Assembly (NCBI GenBank): GCA_963727445.1
Contig: CAVSGI010000010.1
Span: 1,344,001-1,408,000 of the forward strand
DNA: 64,000 nt
Origin: an uncultured delta proteobacterium
GTDB lineage: Bacteria > Myxococcota_A > Polyangia > Polyangiales > B10-G4
Direction of reading: 5' to 3'
The translations under genes and the position numbers were made by a program. Positions 22,954-32,860 of this stretch are shown here, piece by piece; position 1 is the first letter of the stretch; each line of letters starts with the position of its first letter. The notes beneath the pieces are model-generated. The model did not search any database. It was given only the letters and a program-made list of their open reading frames with translations, and was not told the DNA's origin.

Positions 22954-25900
22954 GTGGCAGACGCCGAGAGCGGGAAAGGACCGGGGTCGCCGGTGTCCGA
23001 GCGCGGCGACGACGAAGACGCCGCAGGGCCGACGCGTCCGGCCAAGGGCGGGCGCGCTTTTCATTCCGCGACGACCCACCCACAGCACAGCCCCGTGAGC
23101 CCGCGGATCGCGCCGGAGGTCGCCGAGGAGCGCCCCTCGCAGATGCCCGTCCTGGCCACGGTCGATCGCGACCACTACGAGATCTTCGGCGAGATCGCCC
23201 GGGGAGGCCTGGGACGGATCCTCCGCGCCCGCGACAAGCGGCTGGACCGCGAGGTCGCGATCAAAGAGCTCCACTACCGCATCGGCAACGTCGAGGCGCG
23301 CTTCGGCAGAGAGATGCGGCTGACGGCGCGCCTGCAGCATCCCTCGATCGTTCCCATCTACGAGGCGGGCCGGTGGGAGAGCGGCGAGCCCTTCTACGCC
23401 ATGAAGCTGGTGGAGGGGCGCTCCCTCGCCGAGGTGGCGGAGACCGCCGAGTCACTCCAGGAGCGGCTCCTGCTCCTGCAAAACATCATCGACGTCGCCG
23501 AGGCCATCGCCTACGCGCACAGCGAGCGGATCCTGCACCGCGACCTCAAGCCGGCCAACGTGCTGGTCGGACCCTTCGGCGAAACGATCGTCATCGACTG
23601 GGGGCTCGCGAAGGATCTCGACTCGCCGAGCGCGGAGGTTCCCCCGGAGCCGGACGATCATCCCGACGACGTCCTCGATGCCTCGATGAGCTCTTTCAAC
23701 ACCGGCTCGGGCGCCGTGATCGGGACGCCGGCCTTCATGCCGCCGGAGCAGGCGCGCGGGGAGATCGTCGACCAACGCGCGGACGTCTACTCCCTCGGCG
23801 CCCTGCTCTATCACGTGCTCTCTGGCGTTCGCCCGTACGACGGCATCCCTCGCGGCGAGCTCCTCGACGAGGTGAAGACGGAACCGCCCACCCCCTTGTC
23901 GGAGGTCTCTCCGGAGATCCCGCGCGACCTCGTCGCGATCGTCGAGCGCGCCATGGCACGCGAGGCCGACCAGCGGTACGCGACCGCCAAGGAGCTGGTC
24001 GAGGATCTGCAGCGCTTTCAGGCGGGCCAGCTCGTCGCCTCTCACGAGTACACCCTCGGCGAGCTCGTCCGAAAGTTCGTGCGGCGAGAGAAGCTCGCGG
24101 TCATCACCGCAGCGCTCGGCGCCGCCGCCCTCCTCGCCCTCGGCGTGTGGAGCTTCGTGAGCATCGCCCGCGAGCGCGACCAGGCCGAAGCCAGCGCCCT
24201 CGACGCGACACAGGCCCGCGACCGCGAGGCTGCCGCCCGCGCGCTCGCCGAGGATCGCATCGATTCTCCTGAAGCTCGAGAAGGCGTCCGCGCTCCTCGA
24301 CACCGATCCGACCGCGGCCGTCGCCTGGCTCAAGGAGCTCCGGGCGCCGCTTCCGGGCGCGCCCACCATCGCCGCGGATGCGGCGGGACGAGGCGTCGCG
24401 ACGCGCGTGCGCCGCGGACACACGGATCGCGTCGGGACCGCATCCTTCTCGCCCGACGGCAGGCTGCTCGCGACCGGAAGCAACGACAACTCCGTGCGCG
24501 TGTGGACGCGACGCAGCGACGACTCTCGCATCCTGGACGAGCATCGCGACCGCGTGTCGGCGGTGGCCTTCTCGCCCGACGGGAGCCATCTCGCGACCGC
24601 AGGCAACGACGGTCAGGTGTGCGTCTTCGAGACCCGAGGCAGCGCGCTCGGATGCGTCCGCTCGCATCCGCGGGGCGCCCGCGACGTCTCCTGGTCGCCC
24701 GATGGCCGCGAGGTCGCCAGCATCGGCACCGGCGCGGTCGTCGTTCGTCCGATCACCGAAGAGGAGCCGCGACTGCGTCTCGCTGCCAAGGTCGATCGCT
24801 ACGGGCGCGTCGTCTTCGCGGGTTCGCGGATCGTGTCCGGCAGCCACGAAGGCACGCTCGTGGTGTGGAGCGCCAGCACGGGTCAGCAGCTTCACGTTCT
24901 TTCCGGGCACGAGGGGCCCATCGGCTACTTCGACGTCTCCCCCGACGGCACGCGCGCAGTCTCCGCGGGCGCAGACGGAACCGTGCGGCTCTGGGATCTC
25001 GAAACTGGCGAAGGACGGATCCTCGGAATGCACGAGGCGGAGGCGAGCGTCGCCGTCTTCGACCACGAGGGCACGAGGGTCGCTTCCTCCGGACTCGATC
25101 AACGCGTGATCGTCTGGAGCCTCGAAGAAGGGGAGCACGAGGTCCTCATCGGACACGGAGAGCGGGTCGATCAGCTGGCCTTCCATCCGAACGGCGAGCT
25201 CCTCGCCTCGGGGAGCTGGGATCGGACCGTGCGCCTGTGGAATCTCGTCGACGGCCAGGCGCGCGTGTTGCGCGGGCACGGCGACGTGATCTCCTGGATT
25301 GGCTTTTCGCCTACCGGGGAGACGCTGGTGAGCGCGAGCTGGGATGGCGAGGTTCGCTCGTGGCCCGTGGAGCCGCCCGACGGCTGGATCCTCGGCCGCC
25401 ACGACATCGGTGTGCACACCGTCGACACCTCGCCGGACGGCCGCCACGTCGCGTCGGGCGGGCACGACGACACGGTCCGCCTCTGGGATCTCGAGACGCG
25501 CGGGATGCGCATCCTGGGCCGTCATCAGGATCACGTCTATCGCGTGCGCTTCTCGCCCCGCGGCGTGTGGGTGGCCTCGTCCAGCGACGATCAGACGGTG
25601 CGCCTCTTCTCGCCGGACGGGACGACCACGCACGTGCTCCGTGGCCACTCGGCGGACGTCGAGGAGATCGCGTTCTCGCCCGACGGGCTGAAGCTCGCCT
25701 CCGCAGGGGAAGACAACCGGGTCTTTCTCTGGGACCTCGCCACGATGACCGGCCAGCCTCTCGAAGGACACGAGCAACCGGTGACCGCCGTCGCTTTCGC
25801 GCCGGACGGGGCGCTCCTGGCGTCGGCGAGCCGAGACCGCACGGTGCGGCTCTGGAACGTCGCGGACGCGAGCGCGCGCGCCCGATTCGCCGACCACGCC

Positions 25901-26455
25901 CTGGACGTCTGGGGCATTGCCTTCTCGCCGGATGGACGGATCCTCGCGTCCGCGGGTCTCGACGATCGGGTCGTGCTCTGGGACGTGGCGAGCGGCGAGC
26001 CCAGCGTGCTGAGCGACGAGCTCGACTCGGCGCGCCTCGTCGCCTACGCCCCCGACGGCGAGCGCATCGCCGTCTCCAGCTCCAGCCGCCACCTTTGGCT
26101 CTGCGAGCTCGAGTCGCGCGACTGCCGGGAGCTCCATGGCCACGGCACCACCGTGACCTTCCTCTTCTTCTCCCCCGACGCCCGAGCCCTCGTCACCACC
26201 AGCGGTGATGGGACGATCCGCGTCTGGGACGTGCACACCCGCGAGAGCCGCGTCTATCGCGGACATCGAGCGGCGGTCTTCGAGGCGGCGCTCACCCCCG
26301 ACGACCGCCGCCTGATCTCCGCGAGCGCCGATACCACCCTCAGGGTCTGGTCCTTCGGCTTGCCCCCTGCCCCCGAGGAACTCACCGCTTTTCTGGAGGA
26401 TTTGACCACTGCCACCGTCACCTCCATTGGCGACGAGGGGCCTGACGTGCGATGA
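22954..26455 (+). pseudogene. Ser/Thr kinase-TM-WD40 repeat protein split by a +1 frameshift near 24265 (pseudogene or sequence error)
   Basis: Kinase motifs (HRDLKPAN, DWG, GTPAFMPPEQ) in frame of 22954; coding signal continues in +1 frame from 24266 (LLKLEKASALLDTDPTAAVAWLK) into many GH..WD repeats ending 26455. Confidence 0.8.
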
Positions 26456-26517
26456 ATCACTCTGGTGTCACTTTCGGGGGGAAGAACGGTCCCCCCACCT
26501 CACGTAGACCGGTCGGT

Positions 26518-27853
26518 ATGTCTCGCTTTCTCCCCTTGGGGGCGCTGCCCCTTCTGGCCCTCCCCCTCGTTTCCGCGTGTGGAAACGACGCTTGCGACGA
26601 TCCCGCTTCCGCACTCGCCTCCGCAGCGGAGGGTGACACGGTCGACCTCGGAACCTGCCGCGCCATGGGAGACGTGACCGTCCCCGCCGGCGTGGTCTTC
26701 CGCGGCGACGGAATCCGGCAGCGTCATCGACGGACGAATCACCCTCGAGCCTGGGAGCAGCCTCTCGGGCATCACCGTCGAGTCGGGCGGAGTGCTGGCG
26801 TCGGGGAGCGACGGCATGGTGACCCTCGACAACGTCACCGTCCGTGTGCAGACCGGTGTCGCCGTTCGGATCGAAGGGATCGGTGCCCACTTGAGCGACG
26901 TGACCCTCGAGGGGAACGTGACCGCGGACAACGCAAGCGACGTTCCTCCGATGCCCACCAGCGACGAGTGGCCCACGCACGGCCTGCTCCTGGTGGACGC
27001 CGGCACCAGCGATGCGCCCGTGGTCCTCGACGGCGTCGACGCCTCGGGCTTCGCGCGCTTCGGCGCCCTCTTTCGCAACAGCCACGTGGACTGGCACGGG
27101 GGCGGCGCCTCCGAGAACCTCACCGTCGGCATGATGGCCCTGCAAGGCAGCGCAAACCTCGAGGCGCTCTCCTTCGAACGGAACTATCAGGGCACCCAGC
27201 CCTACCCCGCCTACGGCGCGGTCTTCACCCAGGGGGTGGAGGTCTCGACCACCGACGTTCACGTCAGCGCCAACGAGGGTTACGGGTTGGTTCACGACGA
27301 TGCCACCGCGGCCCACGTGGACCTGGTGGCCATGGACAACGGCGACGCCGCGATCTGGGCGCAGTCGAGCCGCTCCTTCATGCTCGCGGGCGAGAGCTCG
27401 ATGCTCTCCGGCAATCTGCTCGCGGGCGTGGTGCTGGTGGACACGCCGAACGCGATGATTCAGGACGCGACCATCGACACCTCGCGCCTCGCGACCCGCA
27501 TCGAAGGCGAGACGGGGATGGTTCAGGTCGGCGACGGCGTGCACGCGGTGGTCGATAGCGCCTCGGGCCTCGTCTTCGACGGGCTGTCGCTCACCAACAA
27601 CGAGCGCACCGGCATGCTCCTCGACGTGGGCGACGGAAGCGTGGACGGAGCCGTCATGAACGTGACCGTCGACGGCACCGGCACCAGCCTGGGCGCCATC
27701 GCCCAGGGCCCCGCGGGCCTGATCGACTCCGGCACCTGGGACGCCGGCATCACCCGCCTCGGCGCCACCGGAGCGAACGACGCTGCCCTCGAAAGCGCCC
27801 TCGACATCGTCAGCCTCATCGGCCCGATGTTCCTGCCCGCGCCTGCGATGTAG
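26518..27853 (+). pseudogene. Right-handed beta-helix lipoprotein split by a +1 frameshift near 26710 (pseudogene or sequence error)
   Basis: Signal peptide/lipobox LVSAC and AEGDTVDLG..DVTVPAGVVFRG in frame of 26518; continues in +1 frame from 26711 (ESGSVIDGRITL..) with PbH1-like repeats. Confidence 0.75.
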
Positions 27854-27884
27854 TGCCAGTCTACCCGGTGTACCCTCGGGCTCG

Positions 27885-28055
27885 ATGCGCCTGATCTCGA
27901 TCGCGCTCCTCTTCCTTCTCGCCGGCGGATGTAGCCTCGTCTACACCGGGGACGAGTTCCACTTCGCGGACGCGTCGGTCGACTCGACGCCGGGTGATGC
28001 CGCGGGCGACGCCACAGGTGACGCGTCGGACGCCAGCTGCGAGAGCTGCAGGTGA
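27885..28055 (+). CDS. Small lipoprotein (56 aa), not in ORF track
   Basis: MRLISIALLFLLAGGC-SLVYTGDEFHF..DASCESCR*; lipobox; TACCCT 8 nt upstream; GTGA overlap with next gene. Confidence 0.7.
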   Translation: MRLISIALLFLLAGGCSLVYTGDEFHFADASVDSTPGDAAGDATGDASDASCESCR

Positions 28056-28570
28056 GACCTCGGCTCCTCCTCGCCGCCTTCGCGATCGCCTCGCTGTTGT
28101 CGCTGGGCCTGTCCTCCCTCGCCTGCGCTCAGACCCGAGGCGACCCCGACGACGGGGAGGCAGCGACCGTCATCCGGGACGAGGGCGCCGACCGCGCCGA
28201 CGACCCGGTCGAGAGCGAGGACACGCGGGAGCACCGACCCTCCACCGCGAATATCGTCGGCCACGCCACCTCCTTCATGATCGCGGGGCTGACGCTGATC
28301 TCCGGAGTGATCACTGGCATCACGACCGTGAGCCTGCACTCCGATCTGAGCGATCGATGCGGCGACATGGTGCCCTGCACCGATCCCAACGGGCCGGCCG
28401 ACCGCCAGAGGATGCGAAACCTCGCCCTGGCCACGGACATCCTGCTCGGGACGAGCCTCGTCGCGGCGACGGTCGGGCTGATCATCGCGCTCCTCGGTCG
28501 CGCGGGTGACGACGAGGCCTCGCCGGTCGCCTGTGGCGCCGACGGCTGCCGATTCGAAGCCCGCTTCTGA
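28052..28570 (+). CDS. Exported hypothetical protein resembling the C-terminal part of myxobacterial TPR-PEGA proteins
   Basis: Signal peptide, two hydrophobic helices around a C..C loop, C-terminal ACGADGCRFEARF. Confidence 0.65.
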   Translation: MRPRLLLAAFAIASLLSLGLSSLACAQTRGDPDDGEAATVIRDEGADRADDPVESEDTREHRPSTANIVGHATSFMIAGLTLISGVITGITTVSLHSDLSDRCGDMVPCTDPNGPADRQRMRNLALATDILLGTSLVAATVGLIIALLGRAGDDEASPVACGADGCRFEARF

Positions 28571-28576
28571 GCCGGG

Positions 28577-31500
28577 TCAGGGCTCGGCCAGGACCTGGTG
28601 GGAACGCACGTCTTCGAAGAAGCACCGGCGCAGCTCGGCGTCGCTGATGCGCGCCCCAATCTCCTGGATGCGCGCCCAGCCGCGTGCACGCACCTCGCGC
28701 GCCTCGTCCTCGCGTCCGGCCTGTGCGAGCGCTCGGGAGAGGACCGAGAAGACCTCCCCCTCGTCCTCCTCGAGGCCCCCCAGCCAATCGCGGATCGCCA
28801 TCGCCTCGGTCGCGAGCGCGATGGCGGCCTCGGTCGCGCGCGCGCGGATCGCCGCGTAGCCGGCGGTCGCGAGACCCAACGAAGCGAGCTGGAGGAACCC
28901 CGCGGCCTCCGCATCGCGCCCCGCCTTCTCGGCCTCCGCCTGCGCGCTCTCGGGCTCCGCCATCAGATGCGCTTGCGCGAGATAAATCCGCGCGCCGACC
29001 GCGAGACGTGACTCTCCCGTCTCTTCGGCAACCGCCAGGCACTCCTCGAGGATGGGCGCGGCGTCCTGCGAGCGAAGCTGGCGCACCAGCGCGTAGCCGA
29101 GATTGAGCAGCGCGTAGCCTTCCATCAGGCGATTGCCAAGTCGACGCAGCTTCTCGAGCGCGGCCCTCAGGCCCTTCTCGGCTTCGAGGTAGGCACCGAC
29201 GCGGTTGTCGGCGTCGGCCAGATTCATCTCGGCGCCCGCCGCACGGCGGAGGTCCCCCGCGGCTTCATAACCGGCGATCGCCTCGCGATACGCGGTGCGG
29301 CGCTCCGCGAGGTCGCCCGTGACCGAGGTCACCTGTGCCTTCCACAGCCAGAGCGAGGTGTTGATCGAGGCCAGACCCGCGGGCGCCACCGACTGCGCTT
29401 CGGCGAGCGCCTTCGTCGCCGCGTCCACCTCACCCGTGTACGCGAGGATCACCGCCTGGCGGCCGCGCGCGGTAGCCAGGACCTCCGGGTCGCCAGCGCT
29501 GCGCGCGCGAGAGACCGCATCCTCCGACACCCGGATCGCGTCCTCGCTCTTGCCCAGGCGGAAGAAGCACACCGCGCGGTTGGTGAGCGCGCGCGCGCGC
29601 TCGCGATCGTCCGCGGCCGTCGCCAGCGCGCCGTCGAGGGCGTGCCCCTGCTCCTCGAGGCGCCCGAGCATCTCGAGGGCCTCGCTCCGCGCCATCTGCA
29701 GCTCGAACCACTTGGCGCGCGGTGTCCCCAGCTCGAGCGCCTTGTCCGCGCAGGCAAGGGTGCGCGGGGCGTCGCCGAGGAGCGCCGCGGCGGTGGTCGC
29801 GCGCGCGTACCAATCCGCAGCCTCGCCGGAGCGTCCCGCATATTCGTAGTGCTGCGCGACCTCTTCCGGCGAGACGTCGGCCAGCGTCGCCAGATGCTCC
29901 GCGAGGCGGAGATGTAGATCGTCGCGGAGTGCCCGAGCCATCATGCGGTACGCGACGTCGCGGACGATGGTAGAGCGGAAGCGATACTCGCGCCGGCGCG
30001 GTGGACCCGGACGCGAACGCGAGGCGAGGATGTCGCGGCGGCTCAGAGAGACGAGGTGCTTCTTCGAATCGTAGAAGCCTAGGGCCTCGAGATCCTCCAT
30101 GGTGAAGGGGCGCGCGAAGAGCGCCGCGCGCTTGCACAGATCTTTCTCGGCGCTCGGCAGATGATCGAGGCGGCCCTGCACCGCGGCCTCGACGGTCAAC
30201 GGGAGCGGCAGCCGATCGAGCGGCTGGTCGAGGAGCTTCTCCTCCCGCATCGCCAGGACGATCTGTTCGACGAAGAGCGGGTTTCCGGCGGCGCGCTCGG
30301 AGAGCGCACGCACGGTCTCGCTCGGCAGCTTCTTGCCCGAGAGGATGACCTCGACCAGCGCCTCCACCTGGCTCGGGCTGAGGCCGCCGAGGTTCAGCTT
30401 GGTGGAAGAGCCTCCCGCCAAAAACTCCGGGTAGTCCTCGAGGAGCTCGGGCCGCGCCGTGAGGAAGGTGAAGATGGGCGCATCGGCCAGGAGCTCGGTC
30501 ATCTCCTCGATGAGCGAGAGGCTGGCCTCGTCGGCCCAGTGGACGTCCTCGAGGAGCAGCGCGATGGGCGCCTTCTCGGAGAGCGCCGCGAGCCAGTCGG
30601 TGATCCCGAGCCGGAGGCGGTCCTGCATCAGCTGCGGATCGCGCCGCGCGGCGTCGAGGGCGGCGGAGGACTTGACGTCCACGCCGAGGAGCGCCCCGAA
30701 GAAGCCGGTGAGATCCTCCGCGAGGGGCCCGGGCGGGAGCGCGGCCTGCACCAGACGGCGAACGGCGTCCTGACGCTCGGTGGAGGGGGCGGACCGATGG
30801 ATGCGTGGCCAGCCGTGTCGCTCCGAGCCCCAGGTGGCGTAGCCGACGAGCACCGACTCCCAGAGCCCGAGACCGACGCCGCGGCGACTGGGGTCGGCGC
30901 GCGCGGTGAGGACGACGAAAGGCTCCTCGTCATGCTCGTCCGACTCGTCCTCGAGGAGGCGCCCGAGCTCCCACCGGAGGTGGCTCTTCCCGATCCCGGG
31001 CGGGCCCGTGACCAGCACCACCGAGGCGTGCTCCTCCTCGCGCACCGTGCGGAGCGCCGACGCGAGCTGTGCGATCTCGGCCTCGCGCCCGACCGTTCGC
31101 GGCCGCGCGGGCGGCGGCAGGGTGCTGGTGATCGACCCCGACGTGCGATCGGTGATCTCGTAGTCGCCTCCGTCGACCTGTCGGATGGTGTAGACGTTCG
31201 ACAGGGCGCGCGCGCTCGTCGCGTCCACCGCGATGCCGTCCACCTTCATCGCGCAGGCGCGCTCCGCCGCGACCAGGGCCGAACCGGCAATCCCCGTTGC
31301 TCCGCTGTAGGCGGCGCGGCCGGAGGCCACCCCCATGAAGCGCGCTGCGTCGCGCGCCTCGAGGGCCGCCGAGACCGCGCGCTCCACCTCGTCGCCCTCC
31401 CACGCCTCGCCTCCGAAGAGCCCGATGGCGCGGTCCCCCATGACGGGGATCAGGGTGCCGCCCGCCTCCTCGACCGCGGCTTCGAGCCCGTGCCGGTCGG

Positions 31501-32470
31501 TCACCCCGTCCGCCAGGAGGACCGCGACCACGCGCTGCTCCCCGGGCGTGATCGAGGGTGCATGGACCGCCTCGGAGACCGACGTGGCGGCGGTCGCGAT
31601 CTCGCCCTGGCCCGCGGGCGTCTCCGTGAGATCGACCGCGCTGAGCGCCGCGTGAAGCTCCGCGGCGTCCTGATAGCGCTCGGCCGGGCTCTTGCTCAAA
31701 CAGCGGGAGACGACCGCGGCGAGGGTGGGGGGCACGTGCGGCGCCACCATCGTCAGGCTCGGGGCCTGCTCGACCATCACGGCGAGGATGGTGGCGAGGG
31801 CGGTCGAGCGGTCGAAGGGAGAACGGCCCGCGAGGAGCTCGTGCATGACCACGCCGAGGGACCAGACGTCGGTGCGCGCGTCGAGGGTGCTCGCGCCGTT
31901 CGCTTGCTCGGGGCTCAAGTAGGTCGGGGTCCCGAGCACGCTCCCGGTCGCGGTGAGGCGCGTGTGGTCGTCGCTCAGCCGGGCGATGCCGAAGTCGATG
32001 ATCTTGAGCGTGCCGTCCTCGCAGAGGAAGAGGTTGGAGGGCTTGAGATCGCGATGGACCACCTGGGCGCGGTGGGCCGCCGCCAGACCGCTGGCCGCCG
32101 CGAGGGCGAGGCGATGCGCCGTGTGGACGTCCAGGCGTTCTCTCGCGATGCGTTCCGCGAGGGACTCGCCGACGAGGAGCTCGAAGGCGATCCAGGGCAC
32201 CCCCTCGTCCACCCCCGCATCCACCACCTCGACGATGTTGGGGTGGTCGATGCGGATGCGCGCCTCCCGCTCGAAGCGAGCGCGCTCGGCCCGTGTACGG
32301 ATGCCGCTCGAAAGCAGCATCTTCACCGCGACCTCTCGGCCCTCCGGATCGGTGGCGCGGTAGACGACGCCCATGCCCCCGCGACCCAGGACCTCCCCGA
32401 GCTCGTAGTGGCCGACCCGCCCGCGCCCGGGCGCGTCGTCGCGATCCTGAGCGCCCGCGTCGTCGACCAT
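28577..32470 (-). CDS. Ser/Thr kinase - degenerate cyclase-like region - STAND/AAA ATPase - TPR protein
   Basis: HRDLKPSN/DFG kinase; EQRVVAVLL; VGREAE, GPPGIGKS Walker A, LLLEDVHWAD Walker B, GNPLF; C-terminal TPRs; start at ATG 32470 (GATAAT 7 nt upstream) or 32479. Confidence 0.9.
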   Translation of the reverse strand: MVDDAGAQDRDDAPGRGRVGHYELGEVLGRGGMGVVYRATDPEGREVAVKMLLSSGIRTRAERARFEREARIRIDHPNIVEVVDAGVDEGVPWIAFELLVGESLAERIARERLDVHTAHRLALAAASGLAAAHRAQVVHRDLKPSNLFLCEDGTLKIIDFGIARLSDDHTRLTATGSVLGTPTYLSPEQANGASTLDARTDVWSLGVVMHELLAGRSPFDRSTALATILAVMVEQAPSLTMVAPHVPPTLAAVVSRCLSKSPAERYQDAAELHAALSAVDLTETPAGQGEIATAATSVSEAVHAPSITPGEQRVVAVLLADGVTDRHGLEAAVEEAGGTLIPVMGDRAIGLFGGEAWEGDEVERAVSAALEARDAARFMGVASGRAAYSGATGIAGSALVAAERACAMKVDGIAVDATSARALSNVYTIRQVDGGDYEITDRTSGSITSTLPPPARPRTVGREAEIAQLASALRTVREEEHASVVLVTGPPGIGKSHLRWELGRLLEDESDEHDEEPFVVLTARADPSRRGVGLGLWESVLVGYATWGSERHGWPRIHRSAPSTERQDAVRRLVQAALPPGPLAEDLTGFFGALLGVDVKSSAALDAARRDPQLMQDRLRLGITDWLAALSEKAPIALLLEDVHWADEASLSLIEEMTELLADAPIFTFLTARPELLEDYPEFLAGGSSTKLNLGGLSPSQVEALVEVILSGKKLPSETVRALSERAAGNPLFVEQIVLAMREEKLLDQPLDRLPLPLTVEAAVQGRLDHLPSAEKDLCKRAALFARPFTMEDLEALGFYDSKKHLVSLSRRDILASRSRPGPPRRREYRFRSTIVRDVAYRMMARALRDDLHLRLAEHLATLADVSPEEVAQHYEYAGRSGEAADWYARATTAAALLGDAPRTLACADKALELGTPRAKWFELQMARSEALEMLGRLEEQGHALDGALATAADDRERARALTNRAVCFFRLGKSEDAIRVSEDAVSRARSAGDPEVLATARGRQAVILAYTGEVDAATKALAEAQSVAPAGLASINTSLWLWKAQVTSVTGDLAERRTAYREAIAGYEAAGDLRRAAGAEMNLADADNRVGAYLEAEKGLRAALEKLRRLGNRLMEGYALLNLGYALVRQLRSQDAAPILEECLAVAEETGESRLAVGARIYLAQAHLMAEPESAQAEAEKAGRDAEAAGFLQLASLGLATAGYAAIRARATEAAIALATEAMAIRDWLGGLEEDEGEVFSVLSRALAQAGREDEAREVRARGWARIQEIGARISDAELRRCFFEDVRSHQVLAEP

Positions 32471-32548
32471 CGCGCGCATTATCGGATCAACACCCCCGAG
32501 GTGCGAGGATCGTGACCCGCAAATCGGGCGGGCCGCCAAATCCGTGCG

Positions 32549-32719
32549 TCAGGAGACGAGCAGGGCGAGCGAGGCGCTCAGGAGCGCGATCGTCACCAAT
32601 CCGGAGCCGAGGAGCATGGCCAAAAGAGCCCGAGAAATGGGCTCCTCGACCGGCGGGGCCAGGAACGCTGGGGCGACGACGCGAGCGCGAGGATCGAAGG
32701 GAGTGTGGGACGAGCGCAT
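32549..32719 (-). CDS. Possible small membrane protein (56 aa)
   Basis: C-terminal hydrophobic stretch ALLAMLLGSGLVTIALLSASLALLV fills an otherwise empty gap. Confidence 0.35.
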   Translation of the reverse strand: MRSSHTPFDPRARVVAPAFLAPPVEEPISRALLAMLLGSGLVTIALLSASLALLVS

Positions 32720-32860
32720 GAATCGACTACGACGGCGGCGCGGCTTCGGATCGATCGTGCGTGGGTGTCGTCGGGACACCTACATTTCCCAGAAAAAACG
32801 GGAAATATCGCGCAACGACGGACATCGACCCCTTGCAGAAAAGTGGCCTGAACAGCGACC

